A stretch of DNA of 63,285 bases, the filler included, from Streblomastix strix (lineage: Eukaryota), in assembly GCA_008636045.1 (NCBI GenBank). It is 4 parts of 4 records of this genome, joined end to end, with 100 filler letters (N's around TTAATTAATTAA, not from the genome) between each part and the next. Parts side by side here need not be neighbours in the genome. Positions count along the whole stretch, not along the records: positions 47,543 to 63,285 come from SNRW01000943.1; 3 more parts are not named here. The stretch is one strand, 5' to 3'. Within the stretch, counting starts at the first letter, position 1, and each line of letters opens with the position of its first letter. Positions 59,501 to 63,285 of the stretch are shown in pieces. Under the pieces are notes generated by a model. The model was given only the letters and a program-made list of their open reading frames with translations. It did no database searches and was not told the origin of the DNA. The position numbers and the translations under genes were made by a program.

Positions 59501-62500
59501 ATCATTTTATGTGAAGAGTTTCTTTCAACTCATCCATAAAATTTCGTAGTTATGATGGTTGGAGAATACTTTTATCAATAGTAGAATAATCAACGTTCAT
59601 TATTGATTCAATTAATCCATCTAATTATTCAGGACTTGGATTCTAAACATTTATATGTTGAAAATTCGATTTTACAAATTCGGGAAGTTTAACACGTCCC
59701 TTTTCAGATTCTTCATTTCCAGTTGCTACAAAGAGGAATCCGCTTGAAACTGTTATTGGATCTCGAATGTCAGGATGAATGAAAGTATCTCCAGGTCGAG
59801 CAGAAAGGAATGGAATTAATGAAATCATCACAGCTGGAGTCAATAAGTTGAATTCATCAGCAAGAAATACGAATCCTTATCGAGCAGCTTGTACAAGTGG
59901 TCCTTCTACAAATCGGAATCCATTTTTCTCAAAGACCAAACTTCCAATAAATTACTCAGCTGTTGTCTCACTACTGCATGACACAGAAAATACTGGATTT
60001 CTTGGGTGGAATTTACGATTAATGCTGAAATGTCGAATTGCTTCTGTCTTCCCACATCCTGGTTCACCCTTCAAGAAAACTGGTTAGCCTGAAATTGAAG
60101 CGATTGATAATGCAGAAATAACTTGCCACATTGGAGAATTTTTGTCTCCTTCATAAAAAAACCTCTGTCTTGATGTTGGTATTTTTAGTGTTCGTTAAAC
60201 AAATGTTTCTGCAGCTTCTGAAGCAAGAGATTTTGGTTGAAATTTGCAAAGTTCAATTTATTCTTCAGTGGTGAGCTTTTTAACAATTCCAAAAGTAAAA
60301 CAAACAGTATGAACTAGAAGGGAAATATCACGAATTGTTGTGGTATCAGGTAATGATCTTGAAATCGCTTCTGCAAGATGTGAAATATCGTTATCATCAG
60401 GAATTTTTGGTGTAATATCTGTTGGAAGTCCATCATTTTTAATAGTTTGCATTTTCTTTGTATTTTTTGAAATAATATCTTTGGCAATTTGAGCTCGCTA
60501 TTATTCTTATAACTTTGGTGATTCTACTGCAACTGTGACAAATCGATTCCGAAGTGCTAATGATATCGCTGGTGTTTATCTATTCTCATTAATTGTAAGT
60601 GTAGAAATAACAACAAATCCTTATTTTATTTCTTATTCTACTGCTTCTCCCTTTTCTGGAACCAAAAATTTAATTTTTTCTCTTTGTGAATTCTTTTCTA
60701 GTACGGGATTAATTCTTTCAATAACTTGTGCTTTTGCTTCATCAATTCTATCAAGAATCACTGGCATACCAATTTCACCTGCAATAAGCAATGGTCCATT
60801 TTACCATTGAACCAGTTTTGTCATATCGGTTTCATTTCCACTTATTGCTTATGGTTTAAATGATCCAATAATATCTTCTACTGTTGATTCTGGTCCAAGT
60901 TATACTGAAGGAATTTCTTAATGTAATTTTGATTCTTTAGCAATTTCTTTTGTACAGAACCAAGCTATAAACTTGGCAAGTGTACTTAAACCACATCCAC
61001 TTGGTCCTTCAAGAAGAACATGCAAACCAGATTATGCTCCAACAATAGCATTGAATGCTGCATCAATGAATTATGGGTGAGGATGAATGTGTTATTAAGA
61101 TGCTGCCATTGATATTTCATTTCGAAGCTATTGAAAGTTATTAACCTTTCCAATAGCATCCAAATAATGATCAAAACGTACTCTATCTACAGTTGGGATT
61201 TGTGCTAGATAAACAACTGAACATGCATCTCTTGGTTATATGTTGCCCAGAACCATCAAATCCAATGCAAAAGAAAAGTTTCTAAGAGTTATCGCTGTCA
61301 TTCCACGAGATTTATCAATTCTTTCATTGGCTGTATAATAATTAGAAACAGCAATATGAATATCTCCAATTTCTTTCGATTTATCCTCAATTTTCAGTTT
61401 TGATTTCTTCAAAAGCTTATTGAATATCTCGTTGCATTCTTCTCTGTTCATCTCAGGGAAAGAAATTGTATGAAATCGTGCCAGTATTTCTGAAGGCAGA
61501 ATGTTTCTCTATTAGGATGTAAAACCGTCTGTCTCGCCATTTAGTGTTGCAATTACTCGGAAATTTTAATGTCTTACAATTTATTTCCCTTCAATTTCAA
61601 TCGTGTTCCCATCCAGTGAAGAAAGTATAGAAGAAAGCACTTTTGGAGGGCAAAGATCAAATTCATCTAAAAGTAAGACTCGACCTTTTCCATATGCTTC
61701 AGCTAGAACACCAGGAACATAAGAAAGCATCGAAGTTCCTTTTCTTCTAAGCATCTTCCTTCCCAATAAATCACCAACTTCAGTTTATTCACTAAGAGCA
61801 TAAATAAGAGGAAATTCATTGTAAAGACCAACTGATGCAATTTATGCAGTCAAACTCTTGGAAGCACTTGTAGGTCCTTGAATCAACAGAGGCACAGTAG
61901 ATCTCAAGGCATATGTAACTAAATCAAGTCTTTCTTTAGCATTCTTTGTATCAATGAAACGAGGAATTTTCTCAAAAATGCGTTTATCTTATAGTAATTA
62001 ATCTGCATATATCAAATGTTGTTTCTTATTTTGAATGCTTTCAATCCATTTTGCTGTATCTTCAAAAAGAGTCTCAGATATAACATTTGTTGTGAATAAA
62101 TCTTTTTTATCGCATAAAAATCCTTTCGTTTAACCATCTCCTAATTATTAATTTACTATAATTGGTTCATCTAGTATGTTTTTGTTCATCTTCTGTTCAA
62201 TTATATTTTTAAAATACGAAAGAGCAAAAACTGCAGATTTTAAAAGGGGATTCTCTAAAGAATATTGTTTTTCTTTGAATTTAGAAGCTAGTTTTGCAAT
62301 TGTCATATCACGAGTTGATAGAATATCAAGAGAATATCTGAAGACAGTTGTTCCAGGGTGATTCAAAATAAGATTAATAAGAGAGTTTTCATTTAATCGT
62401 TTTATGAGTTCAAAAGATCCATGTAGTGCTGATTCGGGAACACTTGGCTAAATAGATTCAAGAGCGGCATAGAAAGATGGAGTTAATGAATCTTTCTATT

Positions 62501-63284
62501 CAAATTGAATATAATCATTGCTCCGAATAATTCCAGTTTCTGTTGTAAGTTTTACTTTGAATGTAATTATTCCATCGTTTTTATCATCATCATTGACATT
62601 CTTGTGTAATCTTGGTTTTATTCCATGTTTCCATCCAAGTGTGGAATGGTGAACAGAATAATAGCATATCTAATCTCCATCTAAGACACAGAAGGCAGGT
62701 ACAGCAACTGCAGTTTTCTATTCAGTTGTTGATTTGTGTGAAATTGTTGAATTTCTGTTATTTTAAGTAATTTAATTGAGTTATTCAGAATCAATTTCAA
62801 TGAATTTGAAGCCATTTGTTGAAGGATTATTTGGGTCTACCACTGATAACGTGCTTATATCTAAATTTGCAGGATAGTCTACTATAATTTCAACTCGTAT
62901 TATTGCAAATTTTTCATCTGCACGATCTAGTGATAAATTAATAGGCATAAATTTTTCAATCATATATTCTTATATTTTCTTTTATTTTCTTTCTATTTCT
63001 TTTCTTTTTCTTTCTTCTTCTTCTCTTCTAAGTCTTTCTTATTCTTATTTTATTCTTTCTTATTCAATTCTTATCTTTTCTAATTCTTCAATTCTTTTTC
63101 TTTCTTTTTCTTCTCTTCTAAGTCTTTCTTATTCTTATTTTATTCTTTCTTATTCAATTCTTATCTTTTCTAATTCTTCAATTCTTTTTCTTTCTTCTTC
63201 TTCATTCTTTTATTCATATATTTCATCTTATTCTTTCTTTTATCCTTTCTCTTATTTTTTCTCTTATTATTTCTTTTATTATTT
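47544..63284 (-). CDS. Giant midasin/Rea1-like protein: six tandem MoxR-type AAA modules, long linker and two vWA domains; partial at both ends, at least about 5,240 aa
   Basis: Eleven minus-strand track ORFs from 48156 to 62963 share one frame and are separated by TAA/TAG codons. Walker A sites: GPTSASKS (~61865), GPSGCGLS (~60995), GEPGCGKT (~60060), GPTCYKAT (~59085), GQPGRGKT (~57650), GESGAGKT (~56700). MIDAS motif DISAS at 48738-48752. Not every codon was checked for TGA. Confidence 0.88.
63021..63200 (-). repeat. Two 90-bp tandem units encoding a 30-aa E/R/K/Q-rich helix repeat
   Basis: 63021-63110 and 63111-63200 are nearly identical; they translate as EEERKRIEELEKIRIEQERIKQEQERLRRE in the giant ORF frame. 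Confidence 0.9.
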
Positions 63285-63285
63285 A

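Noticed and set aside
47728..62361. Many short plus-strand ORFs opposite the giant gene
   Set aside because: Antisense shadows of the minus-strand AAA/vWA frame, with no recognisable motifs.

Overview
Very AT-rich eukaryotic DNA with short GT-AG introns, read with the non-standard nuclear code TAA/TAG=Gln and TGA as the only stop. The supplied standard-code ORF track therefore chops real genes into fragments. The gene families and code resemble the oxymonad Streblomastix strix (inference). The window is four unrelated contigs of about 15.75 kb joined by artificial 100-bp N44-TTAATTAATTAA-N44 linkers. Contig 1 (1-15751): surface-protein 3' end, F-box/SPRY-like gene, NEK-type kinase with a helical-repeat tail, a membrane protein, an ARM-like repeat gene and a long Q/N-rich gene. 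Contig 2 (15852-31597): a decayed DIRS-type tyrosine-recombinase retrotransposon (gag, RT, RNase H, methyltransferase-like, YR; ITRs plus ICR) inserted at the TAA Q-loop codon of an ABCC transporter fragment. It also holds TmcB-like pseudogene pieces, an SH3 gene, a SPRY-like gene and the start of a FAN/NSMAF homologue. Contig 3 (31698-47442): one giant palindrome with 7.64-kb arms, probably an amplification chimera. Contig 4 (47543-63285): apparently one intronless reading frame of more than 5,200 codons. It encodes a midasin-like six-AAA ATPase with an unusual architecture (N-terminal extension, putative Ig-like block, two tandem vWA domains). This protein is the most interesting candidate. 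Exon boundaries were read by eye and many are approximate.
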